From a virus, in the IMG/VR virus record IMGVR_UViG_3300037827_000551, positions 1-64,000 of that record: a stretch of 64,000 nucleotides of DNA; one strand, given 5' to 3'. Numbering within the stretch: position 1 is the first letter of the stretch; each line of letters begins with the position of its first letter. A program made the translations under genes and the position numbers. Shown here piece by piece: positions 45,465 through 57,343 of this stretch. The notes under the pieces were generated by a model that worked only from the letters and a program-made list of their open reading frames with translations, searched no databases and was not told the DNA's origin.

Positions 45465-45857
45465 ATGAGTACCCAAGCCACCGTCACTCGCGGCCTGCAA
45501 ACAATCCCGTCGTACCCCTCGATCAGTGGCTACACGCAATCCGTCGGCGGAGTCAATTCGGCGCCGATCTCATATGGGCCCACGGGATTCGCCGCGAACA
45601 CAAACGCATCCCTGATTAACGCCGTGATAACGCATGCCACGGTTCAAGAAGTGGTTCTGTGGAGCGACAAGGGAATTACGCTGAATTTCGGCAATGCCAC
45701 CAATGGTACTCCGAGCATTATTCTTCAGCCGGGCTCGGTTTTCGAGTGGAATTCAAGTGACGGCTATTTCGCGAACCCGTTTTCCACGAACACGAACACG
45801 ATCTATGTGAGCTGCAACGCGGCCTCAAGGCTCTCCATGTTTATACTCCAAGCCTGA
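45465..45857 (+). CDS. Ser/Thr/Asn-rich virion protein
   Basis: GGAG RBS; composition and position in the neck module. Confidence 0.6.
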   Translation: MSTQATVTRGLQTIPSYPSISGYTQSVGGVNSAPISYGPTGFAANTNASLINAVITHATVQEVVLWSDKGITLNFGNATNGTPSIILQPGSVFEWNSSDGYFANPFSTNTNTIYVSCNAASRLSMFILQA

Positions 45858-45860
45858 TCC

Positions 45861-46292
45861 ATGACCAAAGTCAAAATCATAGTCACTGGAATCCCGGAAA
45901 TCGATCGCCGCCTTCGCACGCTTCCTTACCGCGTTCAGCGGAAAGTCGTCATGCAGAGCATGAGAAAAGGCATGAAGATCGTTCTATCCGAAGCCAAGAA
46001 GCAGGTTCCTGTTGATAGTGGGTTGACCAAGGCCAATATCAAACTCCGTGTATTCAAGTTCAGAAAGCGCGACGAACAGGGGCTTCAGGTCTCCGTGATG
46101 TCCAATCCGGGATTCATCCGGGTCACCAAGGCTGGTATTCGCTATTGGTATCCGGCCATCGTCGAATTTGGGGCGAAAAACAGGAAAGCCAATCCGTTCC
46201 TCCGCAGGACGTACACATCAATGGGTCCAATGGCCCGCAATATCGCCATGATCGCGCTCCGCGATGGGGTTATAAGAGAAGCCGGATGGTAA
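45861..46292 (+). CDS. HK97 gp10-like neck/tail completion protein
   Basis: VTGIPEI...VPVDSGL...YWY..IVEFG....ANPFLR. Confidence 0.88.
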   Translation: MTKVKIIVTGIPEIDRRLRTLPYRVQRKVVMQSMRKGMKIVLSEAKKQVPVDSGLTKANIKLRVFKFRKRDEQGLQVSVMSNPGFIRVTKAGIRYWYPAIVEFGAKNRKANPFLRRTYTSMGPMARNIAMIALRDGVIREAGW

Positions 46293-46299
46293 CTACTAA

Positions 46300-49200
46300 A
46301 TGAGCTGGGTTTTCGTACAGCACGCATTCCAGGGTGGCACCGCCTCGCAGGCATCGGTCACGCTCGCTATGACCAGTGTCGTCGTCGGCGATCTTCTGAT
46401 TGCCACGGTCTCGTTCTTCACCGGCACCCACACACCGTATTCGCTCAGTGATTCGAGCGGTAAGAACACGTGGACCGCCGGAGTTCTCCAGGGCATAACG
46501 ACAAACGTGTGCGTCCAGGAATGGACAACCATTGTCCAGTCCGGTGGCGGCGGATCGATCAACGTCGAGGTCCAGACGGCATCCAGTACCGACTTCATGG
46601 GCTTGAACGTCGACGAATATTCCTTCCTCCAGGGCGCCACGATCACACTCGGGACGCTCGCCCATGCAACCGGCGCCTCACCCACGGCGATCTCCAGTGG
46701 CAACGTGAGTTGGACCGGAACCGGCAATTTCCTCCTGTGGGGGGCGGCGGCATCCGCGAACGCGACGGCCACGTGGTCCGCCGGCACCAATTTCAACCTT
46801 CGCTGCAATCAACCGCATGCCACGGGCTACGAAGCCCTGATGACCGAGGATCAACTCAATCTCACGTCGGCCGCATCGCCGATCCCAATCACAGCCGGGT
46901 CAACGGCGACTTCCGGAGACTGGGTGGCGATCGGCCTCGCATTTTTAGAAACGCCAGCGATCGCGATTACACCGGCCACCGTCCCCGCCAACCATTCCGG
47001 GCACATCACGCTCACCCTGGTCGGAACGGGGACGTCGTGGCTTGGCAGTCCGACCTGGACCGTCACTGGGGCCGGAACCTCGTATGTCGCCGGGTCGGCA
47101 ATCGTTACCACGAATACGGCCGCGACGATCAAGGTGACGACGTCTGGCTCGACGGGGCTCGCGACGGTCTCTGACGGCACGTTTTCCGGTCAGTTCACCG
47201 TCGCCACGGCAACCCTCTCTGTCGTGCCGGCGGCCGTTGGGACAAGTGTGACAACCAGTCTTACGTTAACCGGAACGAACACGCTCTGGACAACCGAGAC
47301 GGCGTCAACCCTGTTCTCGGCGTCAGGCGTCTCGGGAACATCGATCACTGGGGCGAGTATCACTGTCTCGTCCAATACGGCCGCCACAGCCAATCTCGTC
47401 AGCGGTTCGACTGTCGGCACCGCGACGATCACCGACAATAGCACGACAGCCACGGATACGGTTGTTGTCGAGGCCAATTTCCCAACGATCACGCCGAGTC
47501 CGACGATTGTTCCCGTGGGCATCGGCACAACGAATTACGCAACTTTGCCCAGCAGCTTGGCATCGTCGCCTGTTCTGGTCACCCTGGTCGGATTCAACAC
47601 GGGCTGGACCGGCGGCACGACATTCACCGTTTCTGGGGTTGCTGGCTGCTCGGTCGTCGCGGCATCGACAGTTATTACCTCGGCGACCCTGGCTTCGTTC
47701 TGGCTCGAAACGGCTAAGGCTACGGGCACGCTTACGATCACCGACGGCTCCTATGAGTGCACAATCCAGGTCGTTCCCGGAGCGATTGTCGGGCAGGCTT
47801 ATGTATGCCGAAGTGCCGAGACCTTATATTTCTTTACCTATCCGGCAACCGACGCTCCGCTGACGCTTGCTGGCACCTCATCAAGTCAGTCGCTAACCTA
47901 TGCCATCGTCAATACGACGACCACTAACGGCGGCACTGGTTACACCAGCCCCATCGCCTCGATCGTCGGCGGCGTTTCGATCACTCTGACGGCTGGCGGC
48001 ACAGGCTATGGTTCGGCTCCGACCGTGGAAATCACCGGTGGTGGCGGCACGGGCGCCAGTGCGACCGCCCTGATCTCGGATGGAGCCGTCTCTGGATTCA
48101 CGGTTACGCCTGGAACTGGCTATCAGTCGGGCATGCCGATCACGATCACCATGATCGGCGTCGGCACGGGGGCGGCAGCCACGGCGACAGTTATTGCCAA
48201 TGGCGGTACTGGATGCCAACTGGGCACACCGATCGTGTCCGCCGGAGTCATCACTGGGATTCCAGTTGTAACGACCGGCAGCGGTTATACGGGCGCTCCG
48301 TCAATCACGATCACTGATTCGACAGGAGTGGGAGCCACAGCGACACCGATCTTGGGGGGCAATCCACTCCTGATCACGGGCGGCACCATGAACCCGGCCG
48401 CTCCGATCACCGCGATCAACGGCGTACCCACGATCAAGGTCAATGGCAATTCCGTCGAAGTGCCTTTGTATATTAACTCTTATCCCATCAGCAATCCCGG
48501 AACGGCTTACGCTTCAGCTCCAATTGTAACCGTATCTGGGGGCACGGGCACCGGGGCGGCATGCACGGCGGCGATCACGGTAGCAGGCCAAGCCAGCCTC
48601 CTGCTGACCAATGGCGGTAGCGGGTATACGACTCCGCCAATCGTCACCCTGAATGCCAGTTCGTCCGGCTCCCCGGCTGTGGTTCAGACCTTCATCGCTG
48701 GTGGCGCGGTCGTCGGCTTCCGCGTCACTCAGTCGGGCACCTACGCTACGACACCGACAGTGACGATCACGGGTGGTGGCGGTGGCACGGGACTGGCCAT
48801 TACCGCATCAAACGCCGTGGGCTGCGTTTATTCAATCACGGCGTCATGTATCGGAAGTAATTATCTATCGACGGACACGATCACAGTCTCGGTGGCCGCC
48901 GGGGCGGGCACAACAGCCGTGGCGAACTCGCTCATTGGGCCGATCTGGGGAAGCCAGTCCCTGAGTGCCCCATTCGTGGCCTATCAGACCATGTGCGGCG
49001 GCGTGGCGTCTATCGTAGTTCAAGCCGGAGGTAGCGGTTACACCAATCCCACGGCGACGGCCAGTGGAGGCGGAGGAACCGGTCTCGTACTGGGAACGCC
49101 AATCATCGCTGACGGCGTGATCACCTCAGTTTTGGTGTCGGGAACTGGACCTGTTTCCAATCAAGTCGGCATCGTCGATGCCAATGGGACGGGCAGCGGG

Positions 49201-52200
49201 TTCGTTGGCTATTACAACAGTGTCGCCAATTCAATCACTTCGGTCACGATCGAGAATGGTGGAGCAAATTACTCGGCTTCGGGTAGCCTGACCGCCAAGT
49301 CGATCACCTCGAATACGAGCCAGGGTGACGTCGCATCGAACCCAGTTTATAGCACCGTTACCCCATCCAACGGTGTGATCGTCTCAATCCCCGTACTGTC
49401 TCCCGGAATTGGGTACACCTCGGCCCCGACGATCACTATCACCGACCCCGGCGGAAGCGGTTCAGGGGCCGTCGTCGTGCCGATTATGACCGGGCCGGCG
49501 GCGACCGATACGGTCACGTACTCGGCCCCAGCGGGATGGCTATCCACATCGGTCGGTACGGTGCCGGCAGCGACGAATGCCCCGGTTTACAATTTTGGCG
49601 GATCGCTTGAGCCCGCATTTTCGCAAGCCCCTGAAACCATGCTCATGGGCATGAACATTAACCCACTCTATGGTTACGGGGCCGGCAAGAATATCAATCA
49701 AAGCTGGCTCAAATGGGCTCTTAACTGGACCGGAGCAACGGCTCCGATTTCGGCGACGACACAGCTAAGCGGGGCACTCTACTCGATCGCTGGAGCCACA
49801 ACCACAACCGGAACCCCGACGACGCTCACGTTCGCGTCAGCTCCGACAGTCAGTATCGTCAACCACTACGTTTGGTTCCCTGGAGATTCGTCAGGCGGAA
49901 TCTACTTGATCGCGTCAGGATCAGGGACCTCGTACACGATCTCGCCCGGATTTGGCGGTAGTGCTGGCCTTTCTGGAATCACCTGCCAGATCGTGCCAGC
50001 AACTTCACTGGCGGTCTACAACGGGGCATCCGACACGGCGGGCGGTGGCGCGATTATCACGGCGACTGTCAATGGATCAGGGGTGATCACCAGCTATACG
50101 GTTCTCTATGGTGGCTCGGGATACACAGCGACACCAAAGATATTTGTGCCGCCTCCGGTTTCCGGGGGAACCCAAGGTTCGGCGACGGCGACCATGTCGG
50201 GTGGGTCGGTGACGGCGGTCGCGGTCAACACAGCGGGAGCCGGGTACACGAATTCAATGCTCAGTAGTTATCCGATGGCAATCGCCACGGTTGTTAGCGG
50301 ATCGGCGACCGTCACGTTTTCGGCATCTCAGGCCAGCCTTATCGGCAACTACATCTGGTTTTCGGGCGATTCGAGCGGAAGCCTTTATTCGGTTACGGCG
50401 GGCAGCGGCTACTCCTGGACGATTAGTCCGGTATTCGCTGGCAATTCCGTCGCGGAGACACAGGCTTTTATCTCCCCCAAGACCAACATCGTGGCCTATA
50501 ACGCGGCCTCGGATATCACGGGTGCGGGGGCCATCATCGCGGCGACCGTGAGCAGTGCCGGAGCAATCACTGGGTTTACGATCCAATCGGGCGGTGGCAA
50601 TTACACGACGGCTCCGTCGATTCAACTACCGGCACCGGCATCGGGCGGATCGCAGGCTTCGGCGGGAACGGTGACCGTTTCAGGCGGCGGGATTACAAAC
50701 ATCGCGGCCGGCACGCCTGGTTCTGGCTATGCGGGATCGACGGTCGATGGCCACCCGATCGCAATCAACGGAACTACGAATCCACAAGGAGCCGCATCAA
50801 CTCCAACGGCTTACACGGTATTCGCCGATACGGGTCACTCGCAAACCACGGGAACCACGGCGGCTCCATTGCCAGATCTCTCGGGGGTCTGGACATTCAC
50901 CGCCAGCGAATCGAATCCCAGTTCTCCAATGACGGCGACGGTCTACTCGGGAACAACGCCGATCACGGCGGTTCCGGTGAGTGGACCGAATATCGGTGGT
51001 GTCGTCAGCAAGACATGGCAATTTACGGTTCCAAGGAATATCCCTGGATTCTCACTTGTTCTTCTGACTGAAGGCTCTGGATATACCGGCACGCCGACAG
51101 CCGCATTCACGGGCGGCGGTGGCACCGGAATGACCGCCACAGTGCTGACAAATGCGGCCGGAAATGTGATCGGCCTAAAATTAACCTCGATCGGCACCGG
51201 GTACACGTCGGCTCCAAGTGTGGCGATCTCGGGGGCTGGAACCGGAGCGACCGCCCAAGTCTTGGCTTTGGGAAACTCGCAGCTCAATCTCTCGCTGGCG
51301 ATTGCCGGGCCATCGGCCGGGGCAGGTTCGGCCTACACACTCTCTAATGAGTTAATGGTCGCCCCTGTTCGCGGTACGGGAGCGGCGGCGGTTCCAAATC
51401 AGTCGAACCTGATGGCGCCCGACGTCAACATGGTGTCGTGGTTGTCGTTGCCCAATGGTTCGGGAGCGGCAACTCTTCGTTGCTGGCCGATGCAGAACAA
51501 CGCCTGGTACACGAATGTTGTTGATGTCAGTGATCTTCGTCCAGAAAACGATTTCACGTGGGCCGATGGAACTCAAAGGAATACCGCATTCACGGTCACG
51601 GCGATCAGGCAGTACCAAGTTTCCACGTCTCCTTATGTGTTCACGTCGAATAGCGGATATGCTCCAGCGAATACCACGGGCTATCCCGGCACGATGAGCA
51701 GTTCCGGCATCGCTGGAGCACCACTTTCCAATTGCTGGACGCCAGCGAATATCCAGTGGGCCGGATTCGGGTTTAGCGGCAACACTTGCATCGTCGCCGA
51801 GTTCGTCACCGCAGCGGCACACGGACTTCGCACCGGTCAGGTCATCACGTTTCCGGGCACTCCTTGGCTTGCGACACTGCCGGTATTTGATGCCAATTTC
51901 AACTCGGGGGCAGGGCGGAATATCGTCACCTCGCTTTCGGGAATCACTGTGACAGCCTTTGTGACCGGTGCCAACACGTTCGCCATTGGATTTAGTGCCA
52001 GTGCCAGCGTGATCACATCGGGTACTAATTCGGCCTACGTGATCGGCAATATTCCGTGCAACTTCGATGTGTCGATGGTATTCGAGCCGTTCTTCGAGGC
52101 TCCCCCTGTCGAAGCGTTCGTCGGCCTCTGTAACGCGGTTCCTGGTTGTGCTCTGCATATTTTTGTGCCCGACTTCGCGACCGACGCCTGTACGGCGGCG

Positions 52201-53436
52201 ATGGCTCAGCGGATTCGCGACTCGCTCGACGTCGGCCGTGATGTTTATATCGAGACCCATAACGAGCACTGGAATTCGGGCGGCTACTTCGTGCAGTATA
52301 TGGCCGCTTTCCAGATGGCCAATCTTTGCTCGGGATTCGCCTCAATCATTGGGTCGACCGGCAATGCGAACAACGATTTCTACACCTATGACTCGGCCCA
52401 CAAGCAGCAAATTTTCATAAACGTATTCAATCAAGAGGATATCAACGGCAATACCAATCGCGGCGACTCGATCGTGGGCGTTTTCGGAGCTCAGGCCACG
52501 GCGTCAAGCTCGGCCACGGCAATGGTTGCTTACGCCAACCGATTTAACGCCACGTCACCCGCGACCCCCGTGCAGATCGACGCCATCATGGCGGCCCCGT
52601 ATTACAATATTCCGACGGACCTGCCGATCGCCCAAGTGGCGGCGATGACCTATTCCAACTACCAGGGGAGCCTTCAGTATCAGTGTCTGACGCCATGGAC
52701 GATCGGTATGTATATCGACTTGTTCAGACACTATGCGCTCTATTGCTTGGCGGATAATATCGCGTCCCCGGCGAGCGCAATCCCGAATTACAATCTCAGT
52801 TTGGTTCCTGGACAGACCGTCCCCCCATTCATGATGTGCTATGAGGCCAGCGTTCAAATCCTGGTCTACACCCCGGTTTCAGTCACCGACTGGAGCATGC
52901 GAGGATATGTTGCCCACGACATGTATTTTCACCCCTACTTCGCTGACTTGAACCAAGCCTTTTATTTAGGCGTTCAGCAATCCGGAGCGAAAATCATGTG
53001 CTGCTTCGAGTTGTGCGCCCAGCGGTTCGCCGAAAACACGAACACGGCATTCACGCTCGTCCAGGGCGTACCAGACGGCTTTGGAGCGACCGTCGCCTGG
53101 GGCTTCGTCACCTGGGAAGGTATGGCTGCCGGTCGCGGAGATGGGACGCTCGACGAGAACGGTAATGCGACCGTCAATCAGTTTTTCAACAACGGCAACA
53201 ACACGGGTGGCATCGCCCAGGACCTGGACAACGTCTCGCCAAAGCTTCAGAGTTGGCGGAATTTCGCCGAAGCGGCCAACCCGATACCACCTCCTCCAGC
53301 GGGAAGCGGTGGCGGCGGCATCGCGGGACCTACCGAGGCTCAGCTCGCCATGGTGGCCTATCTGGGCAACATGCCACGGCGACGGCGGAAGAAATTCGGC
53401 GGCAAGATTCGGGGCGGGATGACCTTCTACGAATGA
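46300..53436 (+). CDS. Giant virion appendage protein: beta/IPT-like domains, GGSGY(T)-P repeats and a fragmented clan GH-A-like hydrolase domain
   Basis: Many (T/N)GG(S/T)GYT.AP.V...GG.G.GA.A repeats; [23 protein letters not shown] and MCYEAS motifs. Confidence 0.75.
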   Translation: MSWVFVQHAFQGGTASQASVTLAMTSVVVGDLLIATVSFFTGTHTPYSLSDSSGKNTWTAGVLQGITTNVCVQEWTTIVQSGGGGSINVEVQTASSTDFMGLNVDEYSFLQGATITLGTLAHATGASPTAISSGNVSWTGTGNFLLWGAAASANATATWSAGTNFNLRCNQPHATGYEALMTEDQLNLTSAASPIPITAGSTATSGDWVAIGLAFLETPAIAITPATVPANHSGHITLTLVGTGTSWLGSPTWTVTGAGTSYVAGSAIVTTNTAATIKVTTSGSTGLATVSDGTFSGQFTVATATLSVVPAAVGTSVTTSLTLTGTNTLWTTETASTLFSASGVSGTSITGASITVSSNTAATANLVSGSTVGTATITDNSTTATDTVVVEANFPTITPSPTIVPVGIGTTNYATLPSSLASSPVLVTLVGFNTGWTGGTTFTVSGVAGCSVVAASTVITSATLASFWLETAKATGTLTITDGSYECTIQVVPGAIVGQAYVCRSAETLYFFTYPATDAPLTLAGTSSSQSLTYAIVNTTTTNGGTGYTSPIASIVGGVSITLTAGGTGYGSAPTVEITGGGGTGASATALISDGAVSGFTVTPGTGYQSGMPITITMIGVGTGAAATATVIANGGTGCQLGTPIVSAGVITGIPVVTTGSGYTGAPSITITDSTGVGATATPILGGNPLLITGGTMNPAAPITAINGVPTIKVNGNSVEVPLYINSYPISNPGTAYASAPIVTVSGGTGTGAACTAAITVAGQASLLLTNGGSGYTTPPIVTLNASSSGSPAVVQTFIAGGAVVGFRVTQSGTYATTPTVTITGGGGGTGLAITASNAVGCVYSITASCIGSNYLSTDTITVSVAAGAGTTAVANSLIGPIWGSQSLSAPFVAYQTMCGGVASIVVQAGGSGYTNPTATASGGGGTGLVLGTPIIADGVITSVLVSGTGPVSNQVGIVDANGTGSGFVGYYNSVANSITSVTIENGGANYSASGSLTAKSITSNTSQGDVASNPVYSTVTPSNGVIVSIPVLSPGIGYTSAPTITITDPGGSGSGAVVVPIMTGPAATDTVTYSAPAGWLSTSVGTVPAATNAPVYNFGGSLEPAFSQAPETMLMGMNINPLYGYGAGKNINQSWLKWALNWTGATAPISATTQLSGALYSIAGATTTTGTPTTLTFASAPTVSIVNHYVWFPGDSSGGIYLIASGSGTSYTISPGFGGSAGLSGITCQIVPATSLAVYNGASDTAGGGAIITATVNGSGVITSYTVLYGGSGYTATPKIFVPPPVSGGTQGSATATMSGGSVTAVAVNTAGAGYTNSMLSSYPMAIATVVSGSATVTFSASQASLIGNYIWFSGDSSGSLYSVTAGSGYSWTISPVFAGNSVAETQAFISPKTNIVAYNAASDITGAGAIIAATVSSAGAITGFTIQSGGGNYTTAPSIQLPAPASGGSQASAGTVTVSGGGITNIAAGTPGSGYAGSTVDGHPIAINGTTNPQGAASTPTAYTVFADTGHSQTTGTTAAPLPDLSGVWTFTASESNPSSPMTATVYSGTTPITAVPVSGPNIGGVVSKTWQFTVPRNIPGFSLVLLTEGSGYTGTPTAAFTGGGGTGMTATVLTNAAGNVIGLKLTSIGTGYTSAPSVAISGAGTGATAQVLALGNSQLNLSLAIAGPSAGAGSAYTLSNELMVAPVRGTGAAAVPNQSNLMAPDVNMVSWLSLPNGSGAATLRCWPMQNNAWYTNVVDVSDLRPENDFTWADGTQRNTAFTVTAIRQYQVSTSPYVFTSNSGYAPANTTGYPGTMSSSGIAGAPLSNCWTPANIQWAGFGFSGNTCIVAEFVTAAAHGLRTGQVITFPGTPWLATLPVFDANFNSGAGRNIVTSLSGITVTAFVTGANTFAIGFSASASVITSGTNSAYVIGNIPCNFDVSMVFEPFFEAPPVEAFVGLCNAVPGCALHIFVPDFATDACTAAMAQRIRDSLDVGRDVYIETHNEHWNSGGYFVQYMAAFQMANLCSGFASIIGSTGNANNDFYTYDSAHKQQIFINVFNQEDINGNTNRGDSIVGVFGAQATASSSATAMVAYANRFNATSPATPVQIDAIMAAPYYNIPTDLPIAQVAAMTYSNYQGSLQYQCLTPWTIGMYIDLFRHYALYCLADNIASPASAIPNYNLSLVPGQTVPPFMMCYEASVQILVYTPVSVTDWSMRGYVAHDMYFHPYFADLNQAFYLGVQQSGAKIMCCFELCAQRFAENTNTAFTLVQGVPDGFGATVAWGFVTWEGMAAGRGDGTLDENGNATVNQFFNNGNNTGGIAQDLDNVSPKLQSWRNFAEAANPIPPPPAGSGGGGIAGPTEAQLAMVAYLGNMPRRRRKKFGGKIRGGMTFYE

Positions 53437-53894
53437 GCCAATTCTTTGAACAGGCCCTTGTCGCCAAACTCCAGGCAATCCCCGAACTGGCCGCAATCCT
53501 CGGGGCCTGGAATAACGCGGCGGCGATTTTTAAGACCAGCGTACCGCAGACCTACGACTACGGCCGCAATGGACCCGCGCTCACGTATTTCGTTGCCGAG
53601 AAGCCCATGGGCCACGTGCTCACCGGATCTGATGGGACGGCTGTGGCGAATACCATGCTGGCGGTCTCAAGCTACAGTTACGGTCAATCCAAGACAGCGA
53701 TCGAGGCGATCTGGAACGACATCGACGGCGTGCCCGGACAATGGGGCGATGGGACCTGCGAGATTATCAGTGTGGTCCAACAAGACGACTCCGATCAAGT
53801 GACCGAACCCAAGGCGGGATCGGATCAATGGCTATATGCTTGTGTATGCGAATATCGGATTTTTTACAGGGTGTCTATCCCTTCTCTCGTTTGA
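53433..53894 (+). CDS. Tail terminator / DUF3168-like protein, copy 1
   Basis: ATGA overlap; FEQALVAKL...PALTY...[11 protein letters not shown]. Confidence 0.75.
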   Translation: MSQFFEQALVAKLQAIPELAAILGAWNNAAAIFKTSVPQTYDYGRNGPALTYFVAEKPMGHVLTGSDGTAVANTMLAVSSYSYGQSKTAIEAIWNDIDGVPGQWGDGTCEIISVVQQDDSDQVTEPKAGSDQWLYACVCEYRIFYRVSIPSLV

Positions 53895-53901
53895 GGTTTA
53901 A

Positions 53902-54018
53902 ATGGCAGTCGGACTCGCGGTGAACATTGCGCTCGCTCAATTCAATACCCAGGCAGGTGCCGAGACCATCGACACTGGCGTCCATCAACGGCGATCATCC
54001 CCCAAGTTTAACGAGTAG
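53902..54018 (+). pseudogene. Short ORF / possible gene remnant (MAVGLAVNIALAQFN...)
   Basis: GAGG RBS and ATG, 38 codons, between the two terminator paralogs. Confidence 0.35.
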
Positions 54019-54023
54019 TCAAT

Positions 54024-54500
54024 TTGCCGGCCGCCTTCCAGTTATTCGAGGAGGCCCTTAAAGCGAAGCTGAACGCGACGCTGGGGCTCACGGCACTTCT
54101 GGGTGTAATTCCCGGCGGAGCACCGGCGATCTTCGTCGCGGCGGTTCCGCAGACTTATGATTTTGGGCGAAACGGAGCGGCGCTGACGTATCTGGTGCCT
54201 ACCAAGCCGCGAGGTCACGTTTTGACCGGCTCTGACGGCACAGCCGTGGCACGGGTCCAATTCGACGCCTGGGGATACCAAGAAGGCATCGTCAAGCAAA
54301 TCATCGAGGCGATCAGGCAGGCCATTGATGGGGTCCCGGTCAACCCGTGGGGGACGGGCTACGTAAATATCGTGTCCGTGGTTCAGCAGAACGACTTGGA
54401 TCTGGATGAACCGCCCAAGGCGGGGACGGATCAGTGGGTCTACCGCACAATGAGTGAATATAACGTAATGTACCGCACGGGTTTGCCCACGCTCAACTGA
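54024..54500 (+). CDS. Tail terminator / DUF3168-like protein, copy 2
   Basis: Shares VPQTYD.GRNG.ALTY...[13 protein letters not shown]...PKAG.DQW with copy 1; RVQFDAW. Confidence 0.78.
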   Translation: MPAAFQLFEEALKAKLNATLGLTALLGVIPGGAPAIFVAAVPQTYDFGRNGAALTYLVPTKPRGHVLTGSDGTAVARVQFDAWGYQEGIVKQIIEAIRQAIDGVPVNPWGTGYVNIVSVVQQNDLDLDEPPKAGTDQWVYRTMSEYNVMYRTGLPTLN

Positions 54501-54518
54501 GCCGAAAGAGAGGAAGCT

Positions 54519-54767
54519 ATGCCGCACTCCGAGGTGACATTGGGCATGGGGAGAACCTATGCGATCGTCCTTCATGACCGGGTTGTCGATATCGTTGGTC
54601 CGATCAAGGGGCCGGGCAAGTCGGCCTACGATCATGACCGGATCGTGGATATCACGTGGCGGCCCGACATCAAGGTTGGGGATACTTGGCCATGGCTGAA
54701 TCTGAAGGATTTGGCGGAAAAACAAGCCAAGGAGAAGGCCGAATCGGAACCTCCCAATACCACGTAA
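54519..54767 (+). CDS. Small tail-region protein
   Basis: GAGGA RBS; YAIV...VVDIV...IVDIT..PDIKVGDTW. Confidence 0.6.
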   Translation: MPHSEVTLGMGRTYAIVLHDRVVDIVGPIKGPGKSAYDHDRIVDITWRPDIKVGDTWPWLNLKDLAEKQAKEKAESEPPNTT

Positions 54768-54786
54768 TAGAAGGGAAATATAAATA

Positions 54787-55236
54787 ATGGCAACCGTGTG
54801 GGGTTCACAGGGCACCACGCTAGGCGTCGACGAACTGTCAGGCGCCTCAAATTCATTTACGTTGATCAGCAACGTGACCTCGCTCACCGCTGTTGGAGGC
54901 GGCTCTGTCACGCAGGCTCTTACCACGGCGCTTGCATCTACCGTGCACACCTTCAGGGCAACGATCAAGAAGCCATCTGAAGTATCTTTTGATGTGTGGT
55001 ACGATCCGACTGATTCGGCCCACAAGTTCATCCGCAACCTGTGTGACACGCCGTCGAACGGGCCAAATTACTGGCTCGCGACCTACAACACGGGCAACAC
55101 AAATTCCACCTGCCAGTTCTTGGGATCGGGCATTTCCAACTTCGACGGTTATTCCACGGCCGACGTCGAAGACAACCTGATGACGACCTTCGCGGTACAA
55201 CAGACCGGCCTGCCAACCTGGGTGAATGCAACATGA
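54787..55236 (+). CDS. Major tail (tube) protein, lambda gpV-like
   Basis: SQGTTL, TTAL, EVSFDVWYDP.D.AH, TG.PTW; position before the chaperone. Confidence 0.85.
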   Translation: MATVWGSQGTTLGVDELSGASNSFTLISNVTSLTAVGGGSVTQALTTALASTVHTFRATIKKPSEVSFDVWYDPTDSAHKFIRNLCDTPSNGPNYWLATYNTGNTNSTCQFLGSGISNFDGYSTADVEDNLMTTFAVQQTGLPTWVNAT

Positions 55237-55604
55237 GCGAGATTGGTGAAAAGTTCCTGGCGAAAGCCAGGGCATGGAAGCCCACGTACGAACCGATGGA
55301 CGTACCAGGAATTGGGACCGTCCACATTAAGCGACTTGATGCGGGCGAACGGGACCGGTACGAATGGGCTTCCAAGAAATACGATAGCAACACAAGCCGC
55401 TCGCTTGTTCTGGTGCACTTCCTATTTGACGGCGAGCGAGGGTCCAGGCTGTTCAGGGATGAGGATTGTGCCGACCTGGACCACCTCGATCCCGCAATGA
55501 TCGATCCCGTCGTTGCCCGAGCCCTGACATTCAACGGCTATACCGAAGCCGAGCGTGAGGAACTCGTAAAAAACTTGAACGGCCAGCCCGCCAATTTATC
55601 CTGA
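55233..55604 (+). CDS. Tail assembly chaperone (gpG-like)
   Basis: GTVHIKRLDAGERDRYE...D..G.RLF; ends near a slippery A-AAA-AAC site. Confidence 0.85.
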   Translation: MSEIGEKFLAKARAWKPTYEPMDVPGIGTVHIKRLDAGERDRYEWASKKYDSNTSRSLVLVHFLFDGERGSRLFRDEDCADLDHLDPAMIDPVVARALTFNGYTEAEREELVKNLNGQPANLS

Positions 55605-55843
55605 AGCTGGCCAGGGATCTCCATAAGTTCCCGTGCGAAGTCGAGGCACTTGACGCGGCGGAGTTTGATGAGCTGCAACTCTACTACAATCAAAATCCAC
55701 CGGCAGACCTCGTGTACATGATCGCCCAGCTTTGCTCGATCACGTACAACGCCAATCGCGGCAAGGGGCCAGCGAGGGGTATCGATTACTTTATTCCGAA
55801 GGTGGTCGAAGTACCGGCCCATCTGCGGAAGAAACAAAGGTAG
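55568..55843 (+). CDS. -1 frameshift extension of the tail chaperone (gpGT-like)
   Basis: A AAA AAC at 55568-55574. The -1 frame reads LERPARQFILKLARDLHKFPCEVEALDAAEFDELQLYY...IAQLCSITYNANRGKG...YFIP to TAG at 55841-55843, just before the TMP ATG. Confidence 0.85.
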   Translation, partial: KKLERPARQFILKLARDLHKFPCEVEALDAAEFDELQLYYNQNPPADLVYMIAQLCSITYNANRGKGPARGIDYFIPKVVEVPAHLRKKQR

Positions 55844-55846
55844 CCA

Positions 55847-57340
55847 ATGGCGATTATTGGCCGAATCTCGATCCTGATGGCCCTGAACGCGGCGGGTCTA
55901 ACTAAAGGTGTCGGCTTGGTCCGCGCCGAGTTGAACATGATGTCTCGGTCATTCGGCGGCCTTGCTCTCGCGGCGGCTGGTTTTGCCGCCGTTACGGTTG
56001 CGGCGATCGGCAAGGCGGTCCTGTCGGCGTCAAATCTTGAAGAACAGACCGACCTGACGCGAGATCAGTTTGGCAAGTTCGCGAGCCAAGTCATCGATCA
56101 ATCAAATTTGTTAGCCGATGCCTTTGGAATGACCAAAGCCAAAACCCTGGAAGCAGCCTCGGCGTTTTCCGGGATGTTCGAGGGGGCTGGATTCGCCGGG
56201 AAGGCCGTTGCGGACCTGAGCGTCCACTTTGTGAAGCTTGGTGCCGATCTCTCGCGAGCCCGGAATATTGACATAGACGAAGCTCTTCTCAAGCTTCAGA
56301 GCGGACTCTCCGGTGAAGAGGAACCCCTCAGGCGATACGGCATTGACTTGCACGAGACCCACGTAAAATCCGTCGCCGCCGCCAACGGAATCGGACACCT
56401 CGGCCAAATGCTTACCGAGTCCGAAAAAAAAACGGCCCGCATGATCATTATCAATGAGGGGCTTACCAAGTCGTGGGGCAATATGGCCAAGACCGGCGAT
56501 AAGACGGCGGGCGCCATTCAGGGGCTTCAGGGTCGCACCGAGAACGCCTTCGCGGCAATTGGTGAATCTATGCTCCATATCGCAGCTCCCGCTCTCGAAG
56601 AACTCCAGATCGGCATTGCGGCCCTTCAGAATTGGTGGCTCAGCTCGGCGGATGCTGGGGTCAGGGCGACAGATTTAACAGTGGCCGGCGTCGACAAGGC
56701 GGGCAACGCCGTCGGTTTTCTCCAGAAGGGCATCGGCAATCTCGCGAACATGTGGCAGGTGGTCCAGATCGCATTTACGGGCATGCAAGGCGTCGTGATC
56801 ACTGGGTTGAATGCGATATTTAAAACGCTAATGTATGTGACTAACCAGTACGTAAAACTTTTGGAATGGGCCACTGGAACCAGGGGGTCAAACGGCAAGT
56901 CCGAAGGAGAATTCGCCCAGTTCGGCAAATGGCTCCAGTCACAGGAGGACGCGACCGCCAAACAGGCGTGGCAGCAACTTTCGGCACCATGGAAGAGCGA
57001 GGATGTCGACAAGGCTTTCGCCGAAGAAAGAAAGAAGCGGGACGAGGCCCGCGCGAAACTATCATCCCAAGGCAAACTGGATATCAACAAGTTCAGGCCA
57101 ACAAATGCCCCTAATGAACTTTTGAAGCCCAAGCACGATAAGCAATTCGCTGACGCCGAGACCTACGGATCAAAAGAGGGTGCCAATATTCTAATTCAGT
57201 CCATGTACGGTGGCACCAAGCCAACTGATGCCGCGATTGCTCAGACGGCCCAGAACACAGCGCGGTCCAACGTGCTCCTGGAGGCAATCCGGCAGCAGTT
57301 CGCACAGCAGGTTGGCATCAATGTACTAAACGGGTTCTAA
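55847..57340 (+). CDS. Tape measure protein (short, 497 aa)
   Basis: MAIIGRISI, ADL, LQSGLSGEEEPLRRYGI, helical Ala/Gly-rich; follows the chaperone. Confidence 0.88.
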   Translation: MAIIGRISILMALNAAGLTKGVGLVRAELNMMSRSFGGLALAAAGFAAVTVAAIGKAVLSASNLEEQTDLTRDQFGKFASQVIDQSNLLADAFGMTKAKTLEAASAFSGMFEGAGFAGKAVADLSVHFVKLGADLSRARNIDIDEALLKLQSGLSGEEEPLRRYGIDLHETHVKSVAAANGIGHLGQMLTESEKKTARMIIINEGLTKSWGNMAKTGDKTAGAIQGLQGRTENAFAAIGESMLHIAAPALEELQIGIAALQNWWLSSADAGVRATDLTVAGVDKAGNAVGFLQKGIGNLANMWQVVQIAFTGMQGVVITGLNAIFKTLMYVTNQYVKLLEWATGTRGSNGKSEGEFAQFGKWLQSQEDATAKQAWQQLSAPWKSEDVDKAFAEERKKRDEARAKLSSQGKLDINKFRPTNAPNELLKPKHDKQFADAETYGSKEGANILIQSMYGGTKPTDAAIAQTAQNTARSNVLLEAIRQQFAQQVGINVLNGF

Positions 57341-57343
57341 TCC

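Noticed and set aside
54572-54653. HDRVVDI/HDRIVDI duplication with a 38-bp interior as another capture event
   Set aside because: The repeat is only 22 bp with 3 mismatches, I found no donor for the interior, and the pattern fits a native small tail-protein motif.
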